From a virus: 41,363 bases of DNA. A program made the position numbers and the translations under genes. The notes beneath the pieces were generated by a model. It worked only from the letters and a program-made list of their open reading frames with translations, did not search any database and was not told the origin of the DNA. The stretch lies in the IMG/VR virus record IMGVR_UViG_3300045988_121266. The stretch is one strand, 5' to 3'. Position 1 is the first letter of the stretch, and each line of letters starts with the position of its first letter. This document shows positions 25,207-32,158 of the stretch, one piece after another.

Positions 25207-25692
25207 TTATTGTCCTGTAGCAACGCTTGTGTATGCATCCTGCACTTGCTGTGCCTGGGTGGTGTACACTTCTTGCAATTTTCCTGCCCATTCATTGTAG
25301 GTATCATCACTGTCACCATTTTTTAATTTGATTTCAGCCATTTTACTAACACCTTCGTTACAGATTGTAGCCAGTTTTTCGACTTTTGTGTTACAAAGTT
25401 CTGCAAGAGCATTTACGTCACCGTTTTTCTCAGGAGCTTCTGTATTGAATTCATCAACAACACCTGGAGTTGCTTCAGTAATTTTCTGAGTATATTCATC
25501 CAGAATACTCTGATACGTAGTTTCTTCTGACTGATCAGCCGAAGAATCATCAGAAGAAGTATCAGATTTTGCTGTTTCCTCTGTTTTAGTGTCGGACTTA
25601 GAACTTGAAGAATCAGATCCAGATCCTCCACAAGCAGATAATGACAATGCCATAGATGATGCCAGTAATAATGCTACGATTTTCTTTTTCAT
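25207..25692 (-). CDS. Secreted lipoprotein (prophage-expressed; candidate exclusion/conversion factor)
   Basis: The signal peptide with lipobox is MKKKIVALLLASSMALSLSAC. A Ser/Asp/Thr-rich linker follows, then a helical domain. Confidence 0.85.
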   Translation of the reverse strand: MKKKIVALLLASSMALSLSACGGSGSDSSSSKSDTKTEETAKSDTSSDDSSADQSEETTYQSILDEYTQKITEATPGVVDEFNTEAPEKNGDVNALAELCNTKVEKLATICNEGVSKMAEIKLKNGDSDDTYNEWAGKLQEVYTTQAQQVQDAYTSVATGQ

Positions 25693-25849
25693 ATGTTTTT
25701 CCTTTCATTTTATTTGTTTCAAAATGTTTCGTCTCTTGTTATTTTCCAGAGTTTATTTATTCAATCAGATATCTCCGCCATATAAATACTTTCGTATCAA
25801 GAGGGCAGTGTATTTATGGTTAGAGATACTGGGTGAATCAAGTTATATA

Positions 25850-26317
25850 TTATATTTTCTTAAATATCATCAAGTTAGGGATAAAATAAATTGTGTAGTT
25901 ATCTACAGTTTTGTATTCCCCATACTTATTCCGATAGCAGTTAATGCAGTCTTCCAGATATTCTTCTGTAACATCCAAATACTCTGCAATTTCATATTTA
26001 TCTTTACAACCATGTTCGTAGGCTCTGATCAGACCGAATAGTCCGATACTGCGGTTGTATCCCCAAAGCCTTGCCTGCCGTTCCTGTTTTCGATTACCGG
26101 TATATTCCATGTCGATAATATTACCAACAGAAGTATAATGATGACCGAGTTCTTCTGCCAGAACGCAGGCTTTTTCCGTGGTTGTATCTATATTGTCTTT
26201 GATAGCAATGGTACCATCACAATATAATCCCTTTATTTTTTTGCTTTTAAAAGGATAATCAATAACATCTATACCGTCTTTGCAGGCTTCTTCCTGTAGC
26301 TTCTCGTATGTATTCAT
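25850..26317 (-). CDS. immA: ImmA/IrrE-family metallopeptidase-like protein (anti-repressor protease)
   Basis: 155 aa, immediately downstream of the XRE repressor gene. The motif VLAEELGHHYTS sits at the position of the family's HExxH, with the first His replaced by Glu. Confidence 0.7.
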   Translation of the reverse strand: MNTYEKLQEEACKDGIDVIDYPFKSKKIKGLYCDGTIAIKDNIDTTTEKACVLAEELGHHYTSVGNIIDMEYTGNRKQERQARLWGYNRSIGLFGLIRAYEHGCKDKYEIAEYLDVTEEYLEDCINCYRNKYGEYKTVDNYTIYFIPNLMIFKKI

Positions 26318-26362
26318 ACAAACACCTCCCGCTCGAGTATATCAGATAAGCTGTCCTATAAA

Positions 26363-26689
26363 TTACTTAACTCGTTTATTCTTTACGAATTCAGCAAACT
26401 GACGGATTTCATCTAATTCAGATTCTGTGTATTCATCACCATCGAAGTGAGCTGCAAGGGTAGTTGGCTCATCTTGTGTGAAAACAATTATACCATCTAC
26501 CAGTTTCTCAGAATCTAATCCCAACTCACGTGTGATTTTTAAAACATTTGTTATGTTGGAATTGGCAATACCTCTTTTTAGAATACTATCTAAGGTAGTC
26601 CACGGCATATCTATTTTTTCGGAAAATTTTTTCATACTTCCGTATCTATCTATGATGAGTGCTTTCACATTAGATTCTAATTCATTCAT
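26363..26689 (-). CDS. immR: XRE-family phage repressor (CI/ImmR-like)
   Basis: 108 aa. The HTH is GSMKKFSEKIDMPWTTLDSILKRGIANSNITNVLKITRELGL. It is divergent from a Cro-like gene across an operator-rich region. Confidence 0.8.
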   Translation of the reverse strand: MNELESNVKALIIDRYGSMKKFSEKIDMPWTTLDSILKRGIANSNITNVLKITRELGLDSEKLVDGIIVFTQDEPTTLAAHFDGDEYTESELDEIRQFAEFVKNKRVK

Positions 26690-26738
26690 GTAAAGTTAAC
26701 TCCTTTCTTCAGTTGATGATTTGATAATAGCATTAAAA

Positions 26739-26860
26739 TCTCGAAAAATCAATATACTGTCACCGAAAATAAAATAAAAATCTCAAAAAATCGAGAAAAA
26801 CAGGTTGACATTCTCGAATAATTCGTATATACTTTAAAGTGCAATCAAGAAAAATCGAGA
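26739..26860. promoter_or_regulatory. Genetic switch region with four 16-bp operator-like repeats
   Basis: The four copies are TCTCGAAAAATCAATA (26739), TCTCAAAAAATCGAGA (26781), TCTCGAATAATTCGTA (26812) and TCAAGAAAAATCGAGA (26845). The consensus is the quasi-palindrome TCTCGA-N4-TCGAGA. Confidence 0.6.
26805..26833 (+). promoter_or_regulatory. Rightward (lytic) sigma-A-type promoter
   Basis: TTGACA (26805-26810), a 17-nt spacer, then TATACT (26828-26833). The spacer contains operator copy 3. Confidence 0.6.
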
Positions 26861-26874
26861 AAAGAGGTGAGAAA

Positions 26875-27096
26875 GTGTTTCCGAATTTAGAAGCCGAGAT
26901 GGCAAGAAATAAAGTGACGCAAGTAAAACTTGCTGAAATTCTGGGAATTACGCCAACAACGTTATCATTCAAGATGAACGGAAAAAGTACACTTTCATTA
27001 AAAGAATGTGTAGAAATCAAGCGAAAAGCATTTCCAGACAAAACATTAGATTACTTATTTGCAACAGATGAAACAGGTTCAGAGAAAGGAGAGTGA
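26875..27096 (+). CDS. Cro-like XRE-family HTH regulator
   Basis: The HTH is MARNKVTQVKLAEILGITPTTLSFKMNGKSTLSLKE. GTG 26875 follows AGAGGTGA. The ORF is open from 26839, and ATG 26899 is an alternative start. Confidence 0.75.
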   Translation: MFPNLEAEMARNKVTQVKLAEILGITPTTLSFKMNGKSTLSLKECVEIKRKAFPDKTLDYLFATDETGSEKGE

Positions 27097-27157
27097 AGAA
27101 AGAGTGCAATTAGCAACAACAATAATTTCAACAATATCGGCAGTTTGCAACATTTAC

Positions 27158-27685
27158 CTAATTTTCTATATTAGGAAAATGAACTAAAAAAGATTGATGT
27201 CTCGAGAAATGATGAATTCGTTCTTGCGCAGTTATATCAATTTTCATGGAAGTATATGGTGAATCAAAATAATATCCGAATTCTTCAGATGTATGAGGGT
27301 AAAGTACAACTTCATCCAACAATGGCTCTGAATATTTGTAATCCGGAATAATATCCGAAAGTACATGTTGAAATGGACCTGCTTCAGAATATGTCTGCTG
27401 AGGTTCATAGCTTGTTAACGGATGTAATGCGCTTCCGTTTGGAGAAAAGAACTGAATATCCGTGATAGTAACAGATACAGCAGAAACATTATGAATTGTG
27501 AACCAATGGATTGGTGGATCTGGTTCTTCGAAATATAGAACATCGGCATGGATTTTGATTTTTCGTCTATTGCATTTTTGCGTGTAGTAAATACTATACG
27601 CAGAAAGTAAGAGAGCCAAAAGCGCTATTGCAAAATTCAATTCATCGAGGGACAGGCTTTTGAAAACATTAATTATAGAAGCCAT
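27158..27685 (-). CDS. Hypothetical membrane-anchored protein (opposite strand to the early operon)
   Basis: 175 aa with an N-terminal TM helix (FAIALLALLLSAYSIYY) followed by a beta-rich domain. Its orientation suggests lysogen expression. Confidence 0.65.
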   Translation of the reverse strand: MASIINVFKSLSLDELNFAIALLALLLSAYSIYYTQKCNRRKIKIHADVLYFEEPDPPIHWFTIHNVSAVSVTITDIQFFSPNGSALHPLTSYEPQQTYSEAGPFQHVLSDIIPDYKYSEPLLDEVVLYPHTSEEFGYYFDSPYTSMKIDITAQERIHHFSRHQSFLVHFPNIEN

Positions 27686-27764
27686 AAAAGTACTCCTTTC
27701 TTTGGAAACTTGGGTACTGGCATACCCTGTAAGAAAAGTATAAGAGAAAAAAGGGAGAAAGACA

Positions 27765-27899
27765 ATGTCAGGATATAATTTTAATCATTTTACAGGAAAG
27801 ACAAGAGGTAAGGCTTCGAGAAAGAAAAAGATTCGAATGAAACAAAATCATAAAGATAAGTATGAGAAATATTCCAATAACAGAGGAATAGTGAGGTAA
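27765..27899 (+). CDS. Possible 44-aa highly basic protein
   Basis: The RBS GGGAGAAAG is 5 nt upstream. The sequence is MSGYNFNHFTGKTRGKASRKKKIRMKQNHKDKYEKYSNNRGIVR. It is too short for the supplied ORF track. Confidence 0.3.
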   Translation: MSGYNFNHFTGKTRGKASRKKKIRMKQNHKDKYEKYSNNRGIVR

Positions 27900-27907
27900 G
27901 TATAAGA

Positions 27908-28270
27908 GTGAAGAAAATTATATTTGTATTATTTGCGTGCTTAATCCTCTTAACAGGGTGTAGTCAGAAAATAACAGAAGGAGAGATATATGAAAAAGAA
28001 TTTCTTCCAGAAGAAACAAGAACAATTATAATACCGATGATTCATACGAATGGGAAATCATTATACACGACATATGTGCCGGTAACACATCATTATCCAG
28101 ATAGATGGCGCATTTCTATTAAATCGATAGAGAAAAATGACGATGGCGATTATGATACAGCCGACTACTATACGACGGAAGAAGTATATAACAGCTGTGA
28201 AGTTGGAGATATGTTTTCCTACGATGAAAATAGGGACTGTGAAGAGGAACCGGTTGAGAAGAGTAAGTAA
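27908..28270 (+). CDS. Small lipoprotein
   Basis: GTG start. The signal peptide with lipobox is MKKIIFVLFACLILLTGC. Confidence 0.75.
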   Translation: MKKIIFVLFACLILLTGCSQKITEGEIYEKEFLPEETRTIIIPMIHTNGKSLYTTYVPVTHHYPDRWRISIKSIEKNDDGDYDTADYYTTEEVYNSCEVGDMFSYDENRDCEEEPVEKSK

Positions 28271-28285
28271 TGCAGGAGGTGCAGA

Positions 28286-28498
28286 GTGCAAGGATATTAC
28301 GATTCAGAACATAGCGGAAAAGGATTGGAAACGCCAACAGGACAATTAAATATTAACGTTAAAAATCTACCAGAGTTTAAAGAATTGGTAGAACAGGCAA
28401 AGCATCAAGCCGACCAATTGCAACGAACAATTAATCAGCTTAGTTACTTTGAATTGAAAATCGATTTTAGCTGTGGTGAAGAAGTTACTTCGGAGTAA
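28286..28498 (+). CDS. Hypothetical protein
   Basis: 70-aa ORF with a GTG start after AGGAGGTGCAGA. Co-oriented early gene. Confidence 0.55.
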   Translation: MQGYYDSEHSGKGLETPTGQLNINVKNLPEFKELVEQAKHQADQLQRTINQLSYFELKIDFSCGEEVTSE

Positions 28499-28598
28499 TA
28501 GAAGATACACTCTTGGTGACTCATTTGATAGGAAAATATACCAGAGAACCGCAACAAGTACAAACCATTCCACATAACCTATAAAGAGGTGATGCAGT

Positions 28599-28751
28599 TT
28601 GAAACATATATTTATTTTAAGACTTATACGAAAAGAAGATGGAAGTCTTATTTCTGAAAGAGATATGGATACTATGGCGGAAAAAGATAAGGATGAAGCC
28701 GTGAATGAGTTAAACGGGAATTCTGTTGGATATTTAGGATACCAGAAGTAG
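28599..28751 (+). CDS. Possible 50-aa hypothetical protein
   Basis: The TTG start is 6 nt after AAAGAGGTGA. The sequence is (M)KHIFILRLIRKEDGSLISERDMDTMAEKDKDEAVNELNGNSVGYLGYQK. Confidence 0.4.
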   Translation: MKHIFILRLIRKEDGSLISERDMDTMAEKDKDEAVNELNGNSVGYLGYQK

Positions 28752-28784
28752 AAAACCGCTTAGGCGGTAGAAGGGAGGACAAGC

Positions 28785-28913
28785 ATGAAAAGAAGAGGAC
28801 CAAGAACAAAATGGCAGAGAATCATCAGAGAAACGGTGTTTGAGATCCTGATCGGCGCCGCAATCGGACTTGCATTTGATGTAATGTTATTTATCTGGTT
28901 GCTTGTAAGGTGA
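28785..28913 (+). CDS. Possible 42-aa membrane peptide
   Basis: The RBS is GAAGGGAGGA. A basic N-terminus (MKRRGPRTKWQRIIRE) is followed by one TM helix (VFEILIGAAIGLAFDVMLFIWLLV). Confidence 0.45.
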   Translation: MKRRGPRTKWQRIIRETVFEILIGAAIGLAFDVMLFIWLLVR

Positions 28914-28928
28914 AGGAGGTGAGAAAAA

Positions 28929-29174
28929 ATGCATGAGATACCCAAGATACTGACAGAGAAAGAATTTGCCAAGCGACTGCAGCTGGCCAAAGAAACTCTG
29001 AACGAATATAACTGTAAAAATGACATCGAAAAAGGCTTAATCGTAATGTCCGGATGGGTAAGCGCTGATGGCCAACCGGTATATACACCGGCACAGCTTA
29101 AGAGACTGTTTGATCTAGTTTACAAAGGAGATGATACCGATGGGACAGAGAATGTGGCAGACGCCATCTGCTAA
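28929..29174 (+). CDS. Hypothetical protein
   Basis: 81 aa with the strong RBS GAAGGAGGTGAG. Confidence 0.65.
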   Translation: MHEIPKILTEKEFAKRLQLAKETLNEYNCKNDIEKGLIVMSGWVSADGQPVYTPAQLKRLFDLVYKGDDTDGTENVADAIC

Positions 29175-29322
29175 GCAGGAGTGCAGGAACTGCGCCTACA
29201 TGAGAGATTTGGGCGATGGAGAGTGCATATGCGGGAAAGACCCATCCATAACGGTCATGGAAGAGTACCAGGAATCAGAAGACTACAGATCCTGTGGATG
29301 CCCGGAATGGAGATGGGGATAG
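29140..29322 (+). CDS. Small Cys-rich (zinc-binding-like) protein
   Basis: The Cys pattern is CRNC...CIC...CGC. ATG 29140 is 9 nt after AAAGGAG. It overlaps the upstream gene's 3' end. Confidence 0.55.
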   Translation: MGQRMWQTPSAKQECRNCAYMRDLGDGECICGKDPSITVMEEYQESEDYRSCGCPEWRWG

Positions 29323-29346
29323 TGATACAAGTGAATAAAAAAATAA

Positions 29347-29373
29347 GGCACATCATTATGCGGATGATGTACC
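29347..29373 (+). other. Stem-loop in the 186-bp non-coding region upstream of rep (candidate origin element)
   Basis: GGCACATCAT-tatgcgg-ATGATGTACC forms a 10-bp stem with one mismatch. Confidence 0.3.
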
Positions 29374-29508
29374 TCAAGACTTCTTCGCCTACCGAAAATA
29401 TAAGTCAAAATCATAATACCATCGGCGGGCGGAAAAGTCAAGAAATACGGGCATTTTCGTCCGTTTTCATCACTTGTTAAGAATATTAAAGATAGGACAT
29501 ACAGGTGG

Positions 29509-30243
29509 ATGAAAAAGAGATATAAAAGACTGATATATACGTTTGAACATTCGGTAGAGGTATATGAATACCTGGATGGGAAGTATGGAGCACCGGGAAC
29601 GAAAAGAGGGAAGAAGAGAAAAGCCACATTGGAAGAGATCCGATTCCGGAATCAGTGGAATAGAGAAAGAAAAGCAAGGCATAAGCTGAAGACGTGGTTC
29701 CATGAGAATGATTACCTGGTATTGTTCACATACAAAAAGAATAAGCGTCCACCTGATATGGAGACTGCAAAAAAGCATCTGGCGCAAGCCATGAGGAAGG
29801 TGAGAGAAAAATATAAAAAAGCTGGGAAGAAAATGAGGTGGATGGCAAATATCGAAGTAGGTACAAAAGGAGCCTGGCATGTACATATAGTTATAAATCG
29901 GATACCGGATGCGGACATCATCATTAAGGATGCCTGGGAGCATGGAGCAGTAACCTTCAAGCACCTGTATGAGGCAGGAGATTTCAGAGATCTGGCCGGA
30001 TACATCACGAAAACACCAGAAACATGTGAACGCTATGGAGAACACTTGAGAGAGACAAGCTATCATGCGTCCCGCAATATGCCTCTGAAGGAACCGGAAG
30101 AAGAACGCTTTGTGCAATGGAGAGAGATCAAGGACAGGAAAGGCTACTACTTAGATAAAAATACATACTACGAAGGAACAAATAAATTCACCGGGTACAA
30201 ATACCGGTATTACACCATGATTAAGTTGGATAGGAGGATTTAA
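29509..30243 (+). CDS. HUH-superfamily rolling-circle replication initiator-like protein
   Basis: 244 aa with the three ordered Rep motifs: YLVLFTYKK (motif 1), GAWHVHIVINR (HUH, 29878-29886) and LAGYITKT (catalytic Tyr, 30001-30012). Confidence 0.7.
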   Translation: MKKRYKRLIYTFEHSVEVYEYLDGKYGAPGTKRGKKRKATLEEIRFRNQWNRERKARHKLKTWFHENDYLVLFTYKKNKRPPDMETAKKHLAQAMRKVREKYKKAGKKMRWMANIEVGTKGAWHVHIVINRIPDADIIIKDAWEHGAVTFKHLYEAGDFRDLAGYITKTPETCERYGEHLRETSYHASRNMPLKEPEEERFVQWREIKDRKGYYLDKNTYYEGTNKFTGYKYRYYTMIKLDRRI

Positions 30244-30244
30244 A

Positions 30245-30661
30245 ATGCTGATTTTAGATAGAGCAAGCGAAAACAAACTGGAAGAGCTGGTATTAGTATC
30301 TCGAAAACTCAATGGAGTATTGAGAGAAATCTACCCGGGAGTACATAAGATTGAACCGGATCGCGCCGCTCTACTGTGGTGTGCAATCGATGATGAAATT
30401 GAAAAAAGACAGAAGCAGATCGACAAGATTCTTGCGACGGAGAGCGGAGCAGAACAGATTGTACTACGGAGAGCCTGCAGTGAGTTAAAAAAAGAATACG
30501 AACAGTACAACCAGTTAATGGAAGAACTCTATGGAGAAGAACTTCTACCAGCCACTATTCCGGAACTGCTGATTGGATCCGTGAAGAGAGCAACACTGGA
30601 GATGAAAGAGTCGAACCAAACACTGCAGAATATCAAAGAGGCAATGAAAGAACATGTTTAG
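30245..30661 (+). CDS. Hypothetical protein
   Basis: 138 aa, helical, with RBS GGAGGA. It is tightly packed after rep. Confidence 0.65.
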   Translation: MLILDRASENKLEELVLVSRKLNGVLREIYPGVHKIEPDRAALLWCAIDDEIEKRQKQIDKILATESGAEQIVLRRACSELKKEYEQYNQLMEELYGEELLPATIPELLIGSVKRATLEMKESNQTLQNIKEAMKEHV

Positions 30662-30989
30662 AGTAGATATTTACATAGTCACAAAATGCAGTTCCAACAG
30701 TAAAACACTGGGAAAATATGGATTCGTATGCACCTGTGCTAAGAAGTCCGGAGAGATTGGAAAAATCCAAGATACCGGTCAGATAAAAGGCACACGACAC
30801 GAAACAGAAGTAAAGGCGATCACAGAAGCATTGAGCCGCCTGAACCAGTCATGCGAGGTCCATATTCACTGTGAGGATACGTTCGTGGTCAACATGATCG
30901 ACTATCACATTAGTGGATGGGCTGGAAATGACTTCCGGAAAACCAATGGAACACCGATCGCCAACGCAGAAGGCTGGCAGAAGCTCTGA
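30654..30989 (+). CDS. RNase HI-like protein. RNase H-like similarity continues in the same frame past the TGA at 30987-30989, up to the TAG at 31074-31076.
   Basis: TRHETEVKAITEALSRL, VHIHCEDTFVVNMI and ISGWAGNDFRKTNGTPIANAEGWQKL align by eye with E. coli RNase HI segments (..MELMAAIVALEAL.., ..STDSQYV.., ..W..KTADKKPVKNVDLWQRL). After the stop, KKMQGHLIRMKKGRHAYSNE resembles ..[20 protein letters not shown]. Confidence 0.6.
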   Translation: MFRVDIYIVTKCSSNSKTLGKYGFVCTCAKKSGEIGKIQDTGQIKGTRHETEVKAITEALSRLNQSCEVHIHCEDTFVVNMIDYHISGWAGNDFRKTNGTPIANAEGWQKL

Positions 30990-31076
30990 AAGAAGATGCA
31001 GGGGCATTTGATCAGGATGAAAAAGGGACGACATGCATACAGCAACGAAATTAGAAAAACAATGGAGGATACATAG

Positions 31077-31565
31077 ATGTTTGATAAATTTGGAGAATTT
31101 GACTCTGCTGACGAAATCAACAGGGAGGCAGCAGCACAGTTAAAAGAAGGGGATCTGGACGCTATTAAGACAATAGCAGAAGAAAATGGCTTAGATCCGG
31201 AGGACGCAGAGGATTTTTGCACCGGTGCAATAGATTCTCTGACTACTCCATTACTGGCAGCGATCGGGAAATTGGAAATGGAATCGAAAGATTTAGGACT
31301 CAAAAACATGATGGAAGACTGGAAAAACTTCCTGATTCAGATGTGTGAAGAAGATGACCAGATGGCGCAAGCTGTACGTAAGAAAGGAAAAAGTCTTGAA
31401 AAATGTATGGCACAGATATTAAAAGTATCGTTTGAAACGAAAGCGCAACTGGATGATAGAATCGTACGGGCAGCAGGCTTAAAACCACCTATCTATCTTG
31501 GAATTCCTGGAAAAGCACAGATTAGAAAAATTGCAGAAAAATATTATAAGGGTGAAGAAAAATGA
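31077..31565 (+). CDS. Hypothetical protein, possibly PcfK-like
   Basis: 162 aa and acidic. The family assignment is a weak recollection of the ..KKGKSL-kCm-qI.. pattern plus its position upstream of a PcfJ-like gene. Confidence 0.6.
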   Translation: MFDKFGEFDSADEINREAAAQLKEGDLDAIKTIAEENGLDPEDAEDFCTGAIDSLTTPLLAAIGKLEMESKDLGLKNMMEDWKNFLIQMCEEDDQMAQAVRKKGKSLEKCMAQILKVSFETKAQLDDRIVRAAGLKPPIYLGIPGKAQIRKIAEKYYKGEEK

Positions 31566-32158
31566 GAACATACAAAGGATTCACAGAAGATCTGAAAGCA
31601 ACCTACGGGAACGGAATCTTCCAATACGAGCCTGGAAAAACATACAGGGAAGAGAAAAGTAAAACCAGAAGTACAGGCTTCCACGCTGCAGAATATCTCC
31701 CAGACTGCATGATGTGGTACGGGCTGAACGATAAAAGCCGGTTCTTCTTGTGCGAATCAGGAGGAAGTATCGATGAAGAGGACGGCTGCTCCATGGTAGT
31801 ATCCACGGAATTGACGCTGATCAAAGAACTGGATCTGCTGGATATCGCCGGCCACACCATGATGTACATGGTCGAGCACCCGCAAAGAAAATGGATCAGT
31901 ATGGTGGGTGGAGTAATGATCACGAGCGATGCTGCACATACAGGAGCAGGCAGACTGCTTGCAATAGCAAGAGGAGAAAGACCGATCGTATACGGGATTG
32001 AGGGAACGGCGGTCGGATGGATCCTTGAGAGCGAAGGAAACATTATAGCGGCCAAGGTTGGCATAGTAGGACAAGCTGGAATAGAACCGGGAGTAAAATA
32101 TACGATCACAGCCAACCGGGAACTCGTGGAGGTGCAAGATGAAACGGAAAGCAATTGA
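31562..32158 (+). CDS. Conserved phage hypothetical protein
   Basis: 198 aa, with an ATGA overlap. The N-terminus MRTYKGFTEDLKATYGNGIFQYEPGKTYREEKSKTRSTGFHAAEY resembles a recurrent phage domain of unknown function. Confidence 0.65.
   Translation: MRTYKGFTEDLKATYGNGIFQYEPGKTYREEKSKTRSTGFHAAEYLPDCMMWYGLNDKSRFFLCESGGSIDEEDGCSMVVSTELTLIKELDLLDIAGHTMMYMVEHPQRKWISMVGGVMITSDAAHTGAGRLLAIARGERPIVYGIEGTAVGWILESEGNIIAAKVGIVGQAGIEPGVKYTITANRELVEVQDETESN

Noticed and set aside
25105-25326. 73-aa + strand ORF (TTG start) downstream of the XRE gene.
   Set aside because: It runs through a rho-independent terminator and overlaps the convergent lipoprotein gene. Its hydrophobic, low-complexity sequence looks artefactual.
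29181-29480. 99-aa + strand ORF spanning the Cys-rich gene and the non-coding region upstream of rep.
   Set aside because: It is out of frame with the better-supported ORF 29140..29322 and has no RBS. It runs through the structured intergenic region, which is more likely an origin or regulatory element.
29470-30117. 215-aa minus-strand ORF antisense to the rep gene, with a nested 98-aa ORF.
   Set aside because: The opposite strand has ordered HUH Rep motifs and a good RBS. The antisense product has no motifs and no RBS.
30987-30989. Genome-wide TGA reassignment (alternative genetic code) as the explanation for the in-frame TGA in the RNase H-like gene.
   Set aside because: TGA acts as an ordinary stop elsewhere with tight gene coupling. 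Examples are terS at 40407-40409, Dit at 14245-14247, the head-closure gene at 7581-7583 and the ATGA overlaps. A local mutation or read-through is more likely.
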